Positions 37,523-47,922 of a stretch of 64,000 nucleotides of DNA are shown here, piece after piece (the stretch's first letter is position 1; each line of letters opens with the position of its first letter). The stretch is taken from NCBI GenBank assembly GCA_965655095.1, contig OZ296656.1, positions 71,176,001 to 71,240,000 of the forward strand, read 5' to 3'. The position numbers and the translations under genes were made by a program. The notes beneath the pieces are model-generated. The model saw only the letters and a list, made by a program, of their open reading frames with translations, had not been told where the DNA came from and made no database searches. Source of the stretch: Haplodiscus bocki. Taxonomy: Eukaryota.

Positions 37523-38350
37523 ATGGCTAAAGCCGAAGTAATTGTGAAAGATGAAGATACAGAACAAAGACTTCGAAATTGGGCCATGGAATCATACCAA
37601 CTATTCAGAAACTGCCGGAATGCTATATTTCAAGCTTGTGCCTTCAGTATGCTTGAATGCTCTAACTGTAAAGGTGCAAATCTTCAATTTTGTCACCACC
37701 CAAGCCGCTGCAACATTATTTTTGACAATCAACGAAAAGAAAACGAATGTGAAACAAATATTGCAGAAAAAAACAACGCTGATTACGTTATGGAAATCTC
37801 TGGAAATGTAAAACATGGGATTATGGAAAATGATCAGGAAACTATTCTAAGCAATGAAAACTCACCAACAACCAATGCAGAAGAGATGGACAGCAATTCA
37901 GACGAAGAAAGCGACCTAGAAAGTGAAAACGAACCCGCTGAAAAAGCTCAAAAGGCAGAAATTGAAACTACAAATGACGAAATTCAAAAAACATCCGCAA
38001 ATGCTAACCCTAAACAAAATGTGGTACCTTCTACTGCTGTAGTACTTGTTTATGATGCTAAAGCCTTGTGTTCAAAGATACTTCCAACTCAATCTGTCAT
38101 CAAGGACAATCCTCAAATTGAAAAGAAGTTTACAGAAACAAATCCGAAAAACTTTTCAATCGGTGATTTAACATACAATTTGGATTTTAAGCGTATCAAA
38201 ACTAATGATATGAGGAATCTTTTCAAAACACACGCCTGCAGGAAGAAAAACTCGCAAGAAATATACAATAGACACGAAGAAAAGGAAAAAATAATCGGAA
38301 GACTTGATATTTTCTACAATCAAAAAAAACGACAGACTTTATTGTACTAA
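37523..38350 (+). CDS. E3 truncated ORF1-like protein (275 aa)
   Basis: (FTG)MAKAEVIVKDEDTEQRLRNW aligns by eye with ORF1 (FTG)RA..I.....E..LR.W. It has CSNC-x8-H-x4-C and then an acidic region. Confidence 0.65.
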   Translation: MAKAEVIVKDEDTEQRLRNWAMESYQLFRNCRNAIFQACAFSMLECSNCKGANLQFCHHPSRCNIIFDNQRKENECETNIAEKNNADYVMEISGNVKHGIMENDQETILSNENSPTTNAEEMDSNSDEESDLESENEPAEKAQKAEIETTNDEIQKTSANANPKQNVVPSTAVVLVYDAKALCSKILPTQSVIKDNPQIEKKFTETNPKNFSIGDLTYNLDFKRIKTNDMRNLFKTHACRKKNSQEIYNRHEEKEKIIGRLDIFYNQKKRQTLLY

Positions 38351-38691
38351 TCTATATAATGATGTAAAACTTAGATTACAATTCTTTGAACGCTCAAAAC
38401 CCCCTCCTATGACAACTCGCAATTAGTCTTTTTGACCTCACAATTAAAATATCAACCCTATATAACATCTACCAATACCCAAAAAAAAAATTTGCTTTCT
38501 CGCAAACTATCTCGTAGTCCACACTACTATTTTCATTATATTTCATGACCAGTTCCATCTCCATCTTTCTATATAAAAAAAATCATCAGGCTTTTTGGAG
38601 CTAAACTACACTACAAAAATACATAAATTTTTTTCATAATTACTTACTCATTGTACTTGTACATTTATAGTCTCCAAATTTATTCTTTAAA

Positions 38692-38708
38692 AGCCTAATT
38701 GTTGTGAT
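38692..38708 (+). repeat. Junction 17-mer copy 4
   Basis: Exact; preceded by TATTCTTTAAA, followed by AAAC. Confidence 0.95.
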
Positions 38709-38911
38709 AAACATGTTTTTGAACAATGAAAGCTAACCCTCTAGATCTGTAAATCCAGTCGTGAGAAGTTGTTCGATCCATCGAACTCTACGGAGCCTGC
38801 TGGCTAAGTTTGTTACTTGTAACGAACGATAAACCGAGGTAGCTTCTCCCAATCTAAGTGCTGCTAGTTTGTAGAGAGCTAGCCATCAGGCACTGGGTTG
38901 TAACAGAACAT

Positions 38912-39573
38912 CTCTCATTGGTCCTCACCAAACTGCGTACCTTCCCCAACGGTCATTTCATTCCTCGCTTACCCACGTCAATTTAAACTTAGAATACCTC
39001 ACTGAGGAGGATTGTCTAGTTGCCTGTGACTTCAGTAAAGCTTTTGATAAACTCGACCGAACCTATCTTTTTGCTCTCCTACAGCAAATTGGTCTCCATC
39101 CAACCACTCTCGGTCTCATCCAACTCATGTATCACCATACTGATGCTTTTCTTGATATCAACGGTTCGCTATCTCCAGTTGTTAACATAACTAGTGGTGT
39201 CCGTCAAGGATGTCCACTTTCCTCACTTCTCTTTATTCTTGGCCTCGAACCGTTCTTATTTCATCTCCAACGTAACACCGCCATCCAATCATCGAGTCCT
39301 TTCAAAATCATAGCTTATGCCGATGATATTACATGTTGTCTTAAAATCAACAGCCTCCAATATCTCTTCGATACTATCAATATTTTCTCGTCGGTCACTA
39401 ACCTGTATCTGAATCAACAGAAAACTGAGATCTTATGTTCCGGCTCACTCCCAAGTGGCTTCCTATCGGTTCCCGCTGTCAAAATCTTAGGTGTTCAGTT
39501 TTCAATAAATAACTCAGCGATTCAACTGAATTCAGCAATCCTGCAGGCAAACAAATCACGGCTTTTCTGTAAT
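38912..39573 (+). pseudogene. RT-core fragment copied from an E1-type element
   Basis: 662 bp near-identical to 30196-30857; contains DFSKAFD, GVRQGCPLS and YADD codons. Confidence 0.9.
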
Positions 39574-39700
39574 GTGCTTTTTATATTACTTCTCAGTTTT
39601 CATTGTTAAATTTGCTTTTACATTATTTTATGTTTATTTTATTTTATTCTTTATTTAACAATTTGTTTACATATATACAAGATATAATACATTTTTGAAA

Positions 39701-39717
39701 AGCCTAATTGTTGTGAT
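39701..39717 (+). repeat. Junction 17-mer copy 5 (duplicate of copy 3)
   Basis: Exact. Confidence 0.95.
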
Positions 39718-39880
39718 AACGCCTTTTGATTGTGATAGCTATTACTCGCTTGAATCCTTGGCTCGCTATTAATTGGCCGTCTCCTGTTGACTCAGGATTC
39801 TTGTCAATTTTCACCACATACTATTGTGGTGAAATTATCATTTGGAAATTGGAATTTAGTTCACTTTTAGCTTCACAGGA

Positions 39881-40708
39881 ATGGCTAAAGCCGAAGTAAT
39901 TGTGAAAGATGAAGATACAGAACAAAGACTTCGAAATTGGGCCATGGAATCATACCAACTATTCAGAAACTGCCGGAATGCTATATTTCAAGCTTGTGCC
40001 TTCAGTATGCTTGAATTCTCTAACTGTAAAGCTGCAAATCTTCAATTTTGTCACCACCCAAGCCGCTGCAACATTATTTTTGACAATCAACGAAAAGAAA
40101 ACGAATGTGAAACAAATATTGCAGAAAAAAACAACGCTGATTACGTTATGGAAATCTCTGGAAATGTAAAACATGGGATTATGGAAAATGATCAGGAAAC
40201 TATTCTAAGCAATGAAAACTCACCAACAACCAATGCAGAAGAGATGGACAGCAATTCAGACGAAGAAAGCGACCTAGAAAGTGAAAACGAACCCGCTGAA
40301 AAAGCTCAAAAGGCAGAAATTGAAACTACAAATGACGAAATTCAAAAAACATCCGCAAATGCTAACCCTAAACAAAATGTGGTACCTTCTACTGCTGTAG
40401 TACTTGTTTATGATGCTAAAGCCTTGTGTTCAAAGATACTTCCAACTCAATCTGTCATCAAGGACAATCCTCAAATTGAAAAGAAGTTTACAGAAACAAA
40501 TCCGAAAAACTTTTCAATCGGTGATTTAACATACAATTTGGATTTTAAGCGTATCAAAACTAATGATATGAGGAATCTTTTCAAAACACACGCCTGCAGG
40601 AAGAAAAACTCGCAAGAAATATACAATAGACACGAAGAAGTGGAAAAAATAATCGGAAGACTTGATATTTTCTACAATCAAAAAAAACGACAGACTTTAT
40701 TGTACTAA
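39881..40708 (+). CDS. E5 truncated ORF1-like protein (275 aa; first knuckle Cys changed to Phe)
   Basis: Differs from the E3 ORF at three residues (ECSNC>EFSNC, G>A, K>V). Confidence 0.6.
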   Translation: MAKAEVIVKDEDTEQRLRNWAMESYQLFRNCRNAIFQACAFSMLEFSNCKAANLQFCHHPSRCNIIFDNQRKENECETNIAEKNNADYVMEISGNVKHGIMENDQETILSNENSPTTNAEEMDSNSDEESDLESENEPAEKAQKAEIETTNDEIQKTSANANPKQNVVPSTAVVLVYDAKALCSKILPTQSVIKDNPQIEKKFTETNPKNFSIGDLTYNLDFKRIKTNDMRNLFKTHACRKKNSQEIYNRHEEVEKIIGRLDIFYNQKKRQTLLY

Positions 40709-41050
40709 TCTATATAATGATGTAAAACTTAGATTACAATTCTTTGAACGCTCAAAACCCCCTCCTATGACAACTCGCAATTAGTCTTTTTGACCTCACA
40801 ATTAAAATATCAACCCTATATAACATCTACCAATACCCAAAAAAAAAAAATTTGCTTTCTCGCAAACTATCTCGTAGTCCACACTACTACTTTCATTATA
40901 TTTCATGACCAGTTCCATCTCCATCTTTCTATATAAAAAAATCATCAGGCTTTTTGGAGCTAAACTACACTACAAAAATACATAAATTTTTTTCATAATT
41001 ACTTACTCATTGTACTTGTACATTTATAGTCTCCAAATTTATTCTTTAAA

Positions 41051-41067
41051 AGCCTAATTGTTGTGAT
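41051..41067 (+). repeat. Junction 17-mer copy 6 (duplicate of copy 4)
   Basis: Exact. Confidence 0.95.
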
Positions 41068-41439
41068 AAACATGTTTTTGAACAATGAAAGCTAACCCTC
41101 TAGATCTGTAAATCCAGTCGTGAGAAGTTGTTCGATCCATCGAACTCTACGGAGCCTGCTGGCTAAGTTTGTTACTTGTAACGAACGATAAACCGAGGTA
41201 GCTTCTCCCAATCTAAGTGCTGCTAGTTTGTAGAGAGCTAGCCATCAGGCACTGGGTTGTAACAGAACGGGCTGGTGACTTTCAGGAAGTCCCTCAAAAC
41301 CCCTGAGAGTCATTACCTGTTGTGCGGTGCAGTTGGCAGTACCAAACGACAGTTCCCGATAAGAATCCTTTTCCCCCCTTCTTCACTTTGATCAACTATT
41401 CTGTTCTAGCAATCTTCCCCTATCCCTAGAACAATCGTT

Positions 41440-42873
41440 TTGAAGAGAAATGCCAGTTCAAAGACAAAACTTTCTGAAAAAAATCTAGGACCCCAGGTCA
41501 GATTTCCATCCTATGAACCTCAAACGCCTTTCATAAGCTTGGAAGAATTTAATAAACCAGAAAACTCAAATCCAAAAGAAAATGACCCACAATTAGCAAC
41601 AACTCAGAACAGCAAGTCTACTACAAACGATCCTCCACTTGATGAGTCTCACTCTCCTCAATCTGATAATAACCCAGCCGCAGATGTTCCTCCACCTCCT
41701 GTGGGATCAGAATCAGACCAACAACAAAATGCCAGTGTTCAACTCGGGATTGCAACTAGACCTACGTTCAGTGATAAAGTGAAACAGACGAACAACAAAG
41801 AGTACCGGAGGCAGAGAATCTTACGAATGAAAGTGGTACCACCGTTCCGAAAGGAACACTTCATGAATCGACAGAAATTGGAGGCAGACGTGAATTCTGC
41901 AATAAGAGAAATTCTGTGCCTATTCCAACCAAGGTTCAGACCATTGGTCACCATCTCACGAACTAACATAAATCAAAATAACCGCAATACCCAGATACTA
42001 ATGGTAACTGCACCCGAAGAAGCGGAGGAAGATTTAGCGAGAGCAAAGTTGAATGGTATCCAGATTATGGGAAAGACAGTGTTTCCCACAGGGGAAGAAT
42101 TTTGGACGTACGTGCCGTCAGAATACCCTAAAAGAGCATTACTCAGAATCAATAATCTGCCGATACTGTGCTCCGATGATGAATTAGAAGAACTCATGCA
42201 ATTGCCAGATGGCATAGAACTAGCAGGCGATCTCCTACGGGAATCGAATGAGACTGAGTTAGGTAGATGTTTCACAGGACGAGCAATGGTACCCATTGTA
42301 ATACCAACAAAGGAACATGAGAGTCTGGTCAAAAAATGGTCATTGCTCAAAAACTCGGAAAACATTACCACGTGGAACGAAGTTCCCATTTACATGAGTG
42401 TCCCCCGCCTGCATAAATGCAGGTTATGTGAGCAGGAGGGCAGGAGGCAGGTGATCGGACATGACGAAAAATGGTGCAGAATCGTGAGAAACCCGATGAA
42501 AAATGTAATCAGCGACCGCGTAAATGACCAGCAATGTGAACAGAATGAATCAACAGAAACAAATGTCAATGAGAAAGAGGTAGAAGATGTAAACCTGGCA
42601 GATCCTGAAGGTAGAAAAGAAGTGGAAGTAGCTGTGGAAAATGAAGACAACTCGAAAGAAACTGACGCAGTGGAGGAAGGGTTCTCAAATTCAGACGAGA
42701 GTGAGCAAAACAACGAAGAAGACTGGAGCAAACCCAACCAGAAAAAGAGGTTCAACAAGAAGAAACGAAAAAGGACGGACTTGAGTACCACAACATCTGG
42801 CTCGAGAGCAACTGCAACTTCTCCTAAAAAGGGTCCAGAAGCAAAACATCGTAACTTAAACTCTAATGGCTAG
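41440..42873 (+). CDS. E6 ORF1 (probable true start ATG 41450 with a frameshift in the following A-run)
   Basis: ILRMKVVPPFRKEHF, GIQIMGKTVFP, CRLC-x10-H-x4-C, basic tail. The out-of-frame ATG gives MPVQRQNFLKK, resembling the E2 start MPNFLN. Confidence 0.8.
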   Translation: MKRNASSKTKLSEKNLGPQVRFPSYEPQTPFISLEEFNKPENSNPKENDPQLATTQNSKSTTNDPPLDESHSPQSDNNPAADVPPPPVGSESDQQQNASVQLGIATRPTFSDKVKQTNNKEYRRQRILRMKVVPPFRKEHFMNRQKLEADVNSAIREILCLFQPRFRPLVTISRTNINQNNRNTQILMVTAPEEAEEDLARAKLNGIQIMGKTVFPTGEEFWTYVPSEYPKRALLRINNLPILCSDDELEELMQLPDGIELAGDLLRESNETELGRCFTGRAMVPIVIPTKEHESLVKKWSLLKNSENITTWNEVPIYMSVPRLHKCRLCEQEGRRQVIGHDEKWCRIVRNPMKNVISDRVNDQQCEQNESTETNVNEKEVEDVNLADPEGRKEVEVAVENEDNSKETDAVEEGFSNSDESEQNNEEDWSKPNQKKRFNKKKRKRTDLSTTTSGSRATATSPKKGPEAKHRNLNSNG

Positions 42874-45800
42874 TTTCTCTTTTTCGCAGCCTGTAGACTG
42901 TTTTTCTTGTAATGTTAGGGGTCTGAAAAATCCGGAACGTCTAGTAGAAATTTGTGAACTTGTTAAGAACAAAAGCAAAAGTAAAAATAATATAATAACT
43001 ATACAGGAAACAAAAATACAAAATCTGAAAGAGGAACATAAAAGAGTCTTGAAAAACTTTAAACTTGCTTATGATATTGTACCTGCCAGAGGAACTGCTG
43101 GAGGGCTTCTGACACTATTTCCAGAATCGCTAACCGTAAAACCAGTAATAAAAACTGATAATGTGCTAGCTCTTGCTCTGAATCAAAATGGTCCAATAAT
43201 TTGTAATGTTTATATCAACCCAAAAGATTACAATATGAAGGCCTTCGAAATTGCATGTGAAGACCTTCGTGAACTATCAGATGGCGGAATTCTCTTTATG
43301 GGTGACTTTAATGCCATCGATCCAAACCAACATTGCGATAGAGAAAAAATGTTCCCAAAAAACAACGATATCAGAATTACCAGATATCTGCGAATTTCTC
43401 GGTTTTTAAACTTTTTCAATGCCTTCGATCTAGGAAAAGCCTTAAGTATGATGGAAGCCACTCATTTTGATAAAAGAACAAGAACTAGCACTAGAATTGA
43501 CTATTTTTTTGGAAACATCAATGTTCAAAATGTTAAAATGTTTTTACACTCAACCTCTTTCTCAGATCATAAATGCCTTCATCTTATCCATTTTAAGAAT
43601 GAAAATCAAATCGGAAACGGTTCGTGGAAGTTGAACAATGAGATTTTGCTAAAAGAATCTGAGATAAAAGGCATAATACTGAACTGTTTTGAAAAAACCT
43701 CAGATATGGCTAGAAAATATGATATATATAAGTCAAGACTTAGAGACATCCTGCTGCGTCTGCTATGCATTCGGAATGCCAGAGAAAAGAAATCTTTGGG
43801 ATTAAAACTGGAGAGAGAAGTTGATATTTCAACTAAAAACCTGCAATCCAAAAAAGTTTGTTTGAAAAAAGATCTGGAAGATTATGAAGACAAAGTAGAA
43901 AAACTGAAAACTTTTCAGGCTACCAGAGCAAAAGTGATTCTTCATTCTATAAAAAAATTTTATATGGATGTTAATGAAGGTGATCCAAAATCAACAAAAT
44001 CAACGTTGAGAATTTTTGCAGAAAAACGCGAAATAAGAAAAGTCATCAACTCAGAAGGTGTGCCCATTGAAGATGAAAACGACATTCTTGATGAATTTGC
44101 CAGATACTTTGAAAAATGCTACAAACGGCCAAACGATAGCAAAAAAATGGATCAAAAACTGTATGTAAGGAAGAAACACCTTCACAAATTTTTTAAAAAG
44201 AACAGAACGATACTTGAAGACTATAAGCTTTAGAATGAAATCCAAAATGATGACGACAAGCCAATAACAGAATTTGAAGTCGAAAAAGCAGTTATGAAGC
44301 TGAATAGCAAAAGTGCTCCTGGATCGGATGGTCTAACCTCTGACCTATATAAAACCCAAAAAGAAGTGTTTATACCCATTTTGACGGAATTATTTAAAAA
44401 GATCCATGAGACTCAATATGTTCCTCCTTCTTTTAAACAAGCGATCATAAAACTGATACCAAAAAAAGCCCAACAATGTAAACATAGAAAATTTCCGTCC
44501 AATCAGTCTGATCAACACTGATCAGAAAATTCTATCACACATCATAGCAGAAAGGCTGCGCAAGGTCCTAAATGTGTTAATTGGGAGGCATCAAACTGCT
44601 CACTTGACAAACAGGAACATTAATACATCATTAATGAAACTACAAAAGTTCGCAACAGAAATGTCAAAAAGAGAAGGTATAGTAGCACTTGATTTTAATA
44701 AAGCTTTTGACAAAGTAAATAGGGAATACTTAATGGAGATGATAGGACGCCTTCCTTTAGATCGTCAAACAAAAAATATCATTAACAAGACTTATGAGGA
44801 GACAATTGCTTTGATAAATATCAGAGGCTCTTTCTCCCTTCCTTTCAAAACTGAAACCGGTGTTCGACAAGGCTGTCCCATGTCAGCACTAATGCTCAAT
44901 CTTGCAATCGAACCGCTACTACAACGTATTCAAAACACCAACTTTATCAAATCCTCTCAAGAAATTAAATCGATAGCCTTCGCCGATGATATCTCTATAT
45001 GTATGTACACAAGCTCGATCGGAAATCTCTTTGCAATTCTCAAAGACTTTGCGGATATGTCTGATTTAACAGTTAATATCGACAAAAGTAAAACGCTCAC
45101 AGCTGGCAAAATGTATAAAGAGGAAAAATGGAAGCTACAAAAAGTCAAACGAGCAAAAATATTAGGTTTATATATAAATGTTGGCGGAAAACTAGATAAT
45201 GAAACAAAAAATGAAATGATGAGTACAGCGTTGAAAACCTCCCAGTTTATGGGACCCTCAGTTTCCTTGTATGCTAGAGCAAAAAATATTGAGACCTTTA
45301 TCCTTCGCAAACTGATATATTCTCTGAGGCACTATCCAAAAGCCAAATTGTTCATGAAAAAACTGAATGCGGTAATCATTAATCAATTATGGTTAGACAA
45401 AAAACACAATGTTAATCAAGAAATCGTCAACACACCACATCAACAAGGGGGTATAGGTTTGAGAAATCTACAAAAATTAATCTTGACAGCCAAATTGATG
45501 GATCTAAAAAACTTAACGTTCTGTGAACTTGAGAAGTCCTTTGTTCCCACGTACAAAAGCTCAAAAGCTTTCAGTAATCTGTTGAATGATCTGAAACACG
45601 ATGGAATTGAAAAATTAGAGTTCGACATTAGAAGTTTATCTTTTAATTTCTTCTTCCAAAGCTTTGAAGTGACTGAAAAAACAACCTTCAAAGAAATATA
45701 TAAATTCTTAATAGAATCAATCATCGCAATTCCATGTTTCAAAAATATTAACATGAGTGCAATGAAACTCAAGATCTCTCCGAATATAATAATGGACTTC

Positions 45801-46136
45801 CTCAAAAAGCTTTGGAAGAACAGGAGATTAAAATCGTTTGATAAAAACATCCTGTATAACTTTCTAATGAACGCATATTTTGAAAAACTAGAAAAATGGT
45901 TAAAACATTTAGTCCCGCATCCACTATGCTTCTCATGCGGTGAAAAATTTGAAACGTGGGATCACCTAATGTTTGAATGCCGAGATTTTTCGGAAATTCG
46001 TATTTTACTAAACCTAAAAAACTGGTCAGATGTCTTTACAGACACGACTGGCCTAGCACCTAAATTTCTAGTAGCTATAGTACTATCATCATGGACAGAG
46101 GAAAAAGGTAACTATTTGAAATTTCTAACGAAATAA
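42866..46136 (+). pseudogene. E6 ORF2 (APE-RT-CCHC) with in-frame TAG at 44231 and a frameshift near 44465
   Basis: FSCNVRGL, IQET, GDFN, IDYFF, SDH, APGSDG, DFNKAFD, GVRQGCPMS, FADD, CFSC..ETWDHLMFEC split over three ORFs. Confidence 0.9.
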
Positions 46137-46303
46137 GACAACAGTACTAAACTACATCTTCCATTTCAGACCCCTATACTTTTTCTCCTATCACATCTAT
46201 TTTATGACATTTATTGAATATTTATATACTTATGTACTTTATTTATATCTAAAATGTTTGATGTACTTGTAGATTTAGATTTGTTTAGAATAAATTCTTT
46301 AGA

Positions 46304-46320
46304 AGCCTAATTGTTGTGAT
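46304..46320 (+). repeat. Junction 17-mer copy 7
   Basis: Exact; preceded by AATTCTTTAGA. Confidence 0.95.
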
Positions 46321-46563
46321 ATCCGCTAAAGATAGTGATAGCTTTTTGCTGGAATCTTTGGAAACACAGACTTGCGTCACAGCAGCACAGAATTGCTGTT
46401 GTTTTCACATATTCTTGTGGAGTTACAATCTCATCAAATCAATCTTTAGTGTTTCTCTCGTTATTTTGACGTCGTTATCTCAAGCCTTCATTACTCTGCT
46501 CACCTCTCTTGTTGAGCCTTGCTACTATCGGTTAGCACTAAGTGCTTTCTCGACCTTATCTTC

Positions 46564-47895
46564 ATGGAACGACCACCGACCACGATTGACTCTGCCTCTT
46601 CTTCTGCTCTGATGACAAACAACGCTATTCTGAAAACGGCCCACCATGGTTATTTGAATCCTGAACAACGTGTAGAATTCTATCGAAACCAAGAACAACA
46701 ACTGCGCAACCAAGAAGAACCACCTCAACTTCCCAATGACTACATCACCCAAGCACTTCAACAACCAAGCTACTCGGGCATCGCCTCTAACAATCTTCCG
46801 CAACCAAGAACCATGAATATACTTAAACTAAAAATCATCCCTCCCTTCAACAAAGACCACTTCCCAACAAAGGAAACCTTCGAAACAGCTTCTAACCATT
46901 GTATCGCTTCTATCTTACGAAAATTCTCACCGCAACTAAGAACTAAGCTCACGTTATCCAAAACCTTCACTATGGTTGGGACCCGAAGACTACATACTTT
47001 TCACCTCGTGGCTCCAACTGAAGCCTCCGACGTTTTCACCAGACTACAGACTAATGGGATTGAAATGTTGGGAAGAACGGTCATTCCTCAAAGTGACTCT
47101 TTCCCGCGTGTCATCCCTGGACTCTACCCGAAGCATGTTCCTGTACGGATACTTCAACTTCCATCAATTTGTCAGGACTCAGAACTATCAGACATTCTCG
47201 ACTTACCCGACTCCACTCACATTACATCGATTCGACGTGATACTGACGAAATTGACGGTATGCACTTCTTCACTGGACGGGTTTCGGCCATGATTCGTGT
47301 GGTTTCACACGAACACGAAGCGGTGCTACGCCAATGGTCCATCCGCAACCACGAAAATGGAACTTTGACTTGGAATGATATACCCATCTACGCCTTCATT
47401 CCTGCTCTGCACCAGTGTACCCATTGCAGGGAGCACAGACGGCCCTTCCATGGGCACGATGTGGCCTGGTGTCGCCATGCGAAGGCCGAAGAGCAACAAA
47501 GACTGATGACTACTACAACTGACAACCAAGCACCTTCTATTCCACCACCTCCAACAGACAACCAAGCCACAACACCAGACGAAATTGCTCCTACTACCAC
47601 TGAAACCAATGTGACTCCTGATGAAACCACTGACAGCAACCAAGATGAAACCGACAACCAAGACGATACTGACCCAACAAGTGACGACGATGATGACTCT
47701 CAACCATGGCAGACTGCACCTACCCACTCAACCAAGACTCTATCCGCAACCAAGACTCAAGCTGCAACCAAGACTCAATCGCAACCATGTCCAACTAACA
47801 CAACCAAGAGGAAAGCACACAACAAAGCACGACTCTTCGCGACGCAGAATCTGCAGATGCCTGCTCCGAAGAAGAAAAAGAAGCCAACGAAATGA
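46564..47895 (+). CDS. E7 ORF1
   Basis: Conserved ATGGAACGAC start; same motifs as E1 ORF1. Confidence 0.87.
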   Translation: MERPPTTIDSASSSALMTNNAILKTAHHGYLNPEQRVEFYRNQEQQLRNQEEPPQLPNDYITQALQQPSYSGIASNNLPQPRTMNILKLKIIPPFNKDHFPTKETFETASNHCIASILRKFSPQLRTKLTLSKTFTMVGTRRLHTFHLVAPTEASDVFTRLQTNGIEMLGRTVIPQSDSFPRVIPGLYPKHVPVRILQLPSICQDSELSDILDLPDSTHITSIRRDTDEIDGMHFFTGRVSAMIRVVSHEHEAVLRQWSIRNHENGTLTWNDIPIYAFIPALHQCTHCREHRRPFHGHDVAWCRHAKAEEQQRLMTTTTDNQAPSIPPPPTDNQATTPDEIAPTTTETNVTPDETTDSNQDETDNQDDTDPTSDDDDDSQPWQTAPTHSTKTLSATKTQAATKTQSQPCPTNTTKRKAHNKARLFATQNLQMPAPKKKKKPTK

Positions 47896-47922
47896 TTTTA
47901 GTCCTTGGTTTTTATCTATTTT

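Larger units (their letters stand above)
37343..38691 (+). mobile_element. Unit E3: 1.35-kb non-autonomous derivative
   Basis: Bounded by 17-mers; lineage-A-like 5'UTR motifs; no EN or RT. Confidence 0.8.
38692..39700 (+). mobile_element. Unit E4: chimeric junction unit (lineage-D 5'UTR 38692-38909 + E1 RT fragment 38912-39573 + E2 3' end 39574-39700)
   Basis: The three segments match 41051-41268, 30196-30857 and 37216-37342 respectively. Confidence 0.88.
39701..41050 (+). mobile_element. Unit E5: second copy of the non-autonomous element
   Basis: Near-identical to E3. Confidence 0.8.
37216..41268 (+). repeat. ~1.69-kb tandem duplication (37216-38909 / 39574-41268) with a 664-bp insert at the breakpoint
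   Basis: Direct sequence comparison; only a few substitutions and homopolymer differences. Confidence 0.9.
41051..46303 (+). mobile_element. Unit E6: full-length element, lineage D (~5.25 kb), disabled
   Basis: Long structured 5'UTR; ORF1 overlaps ORF2 by 8 nt (ATGGCTAG). Confidence 0.92.

Noticed and set aside
41068-41380. Definite hammerhead or HDV ribozyme call
   Set aside because: Stems are present, but I could not identify a CUGAUGA/GAAA core or a nested double pseudoknot by eye.
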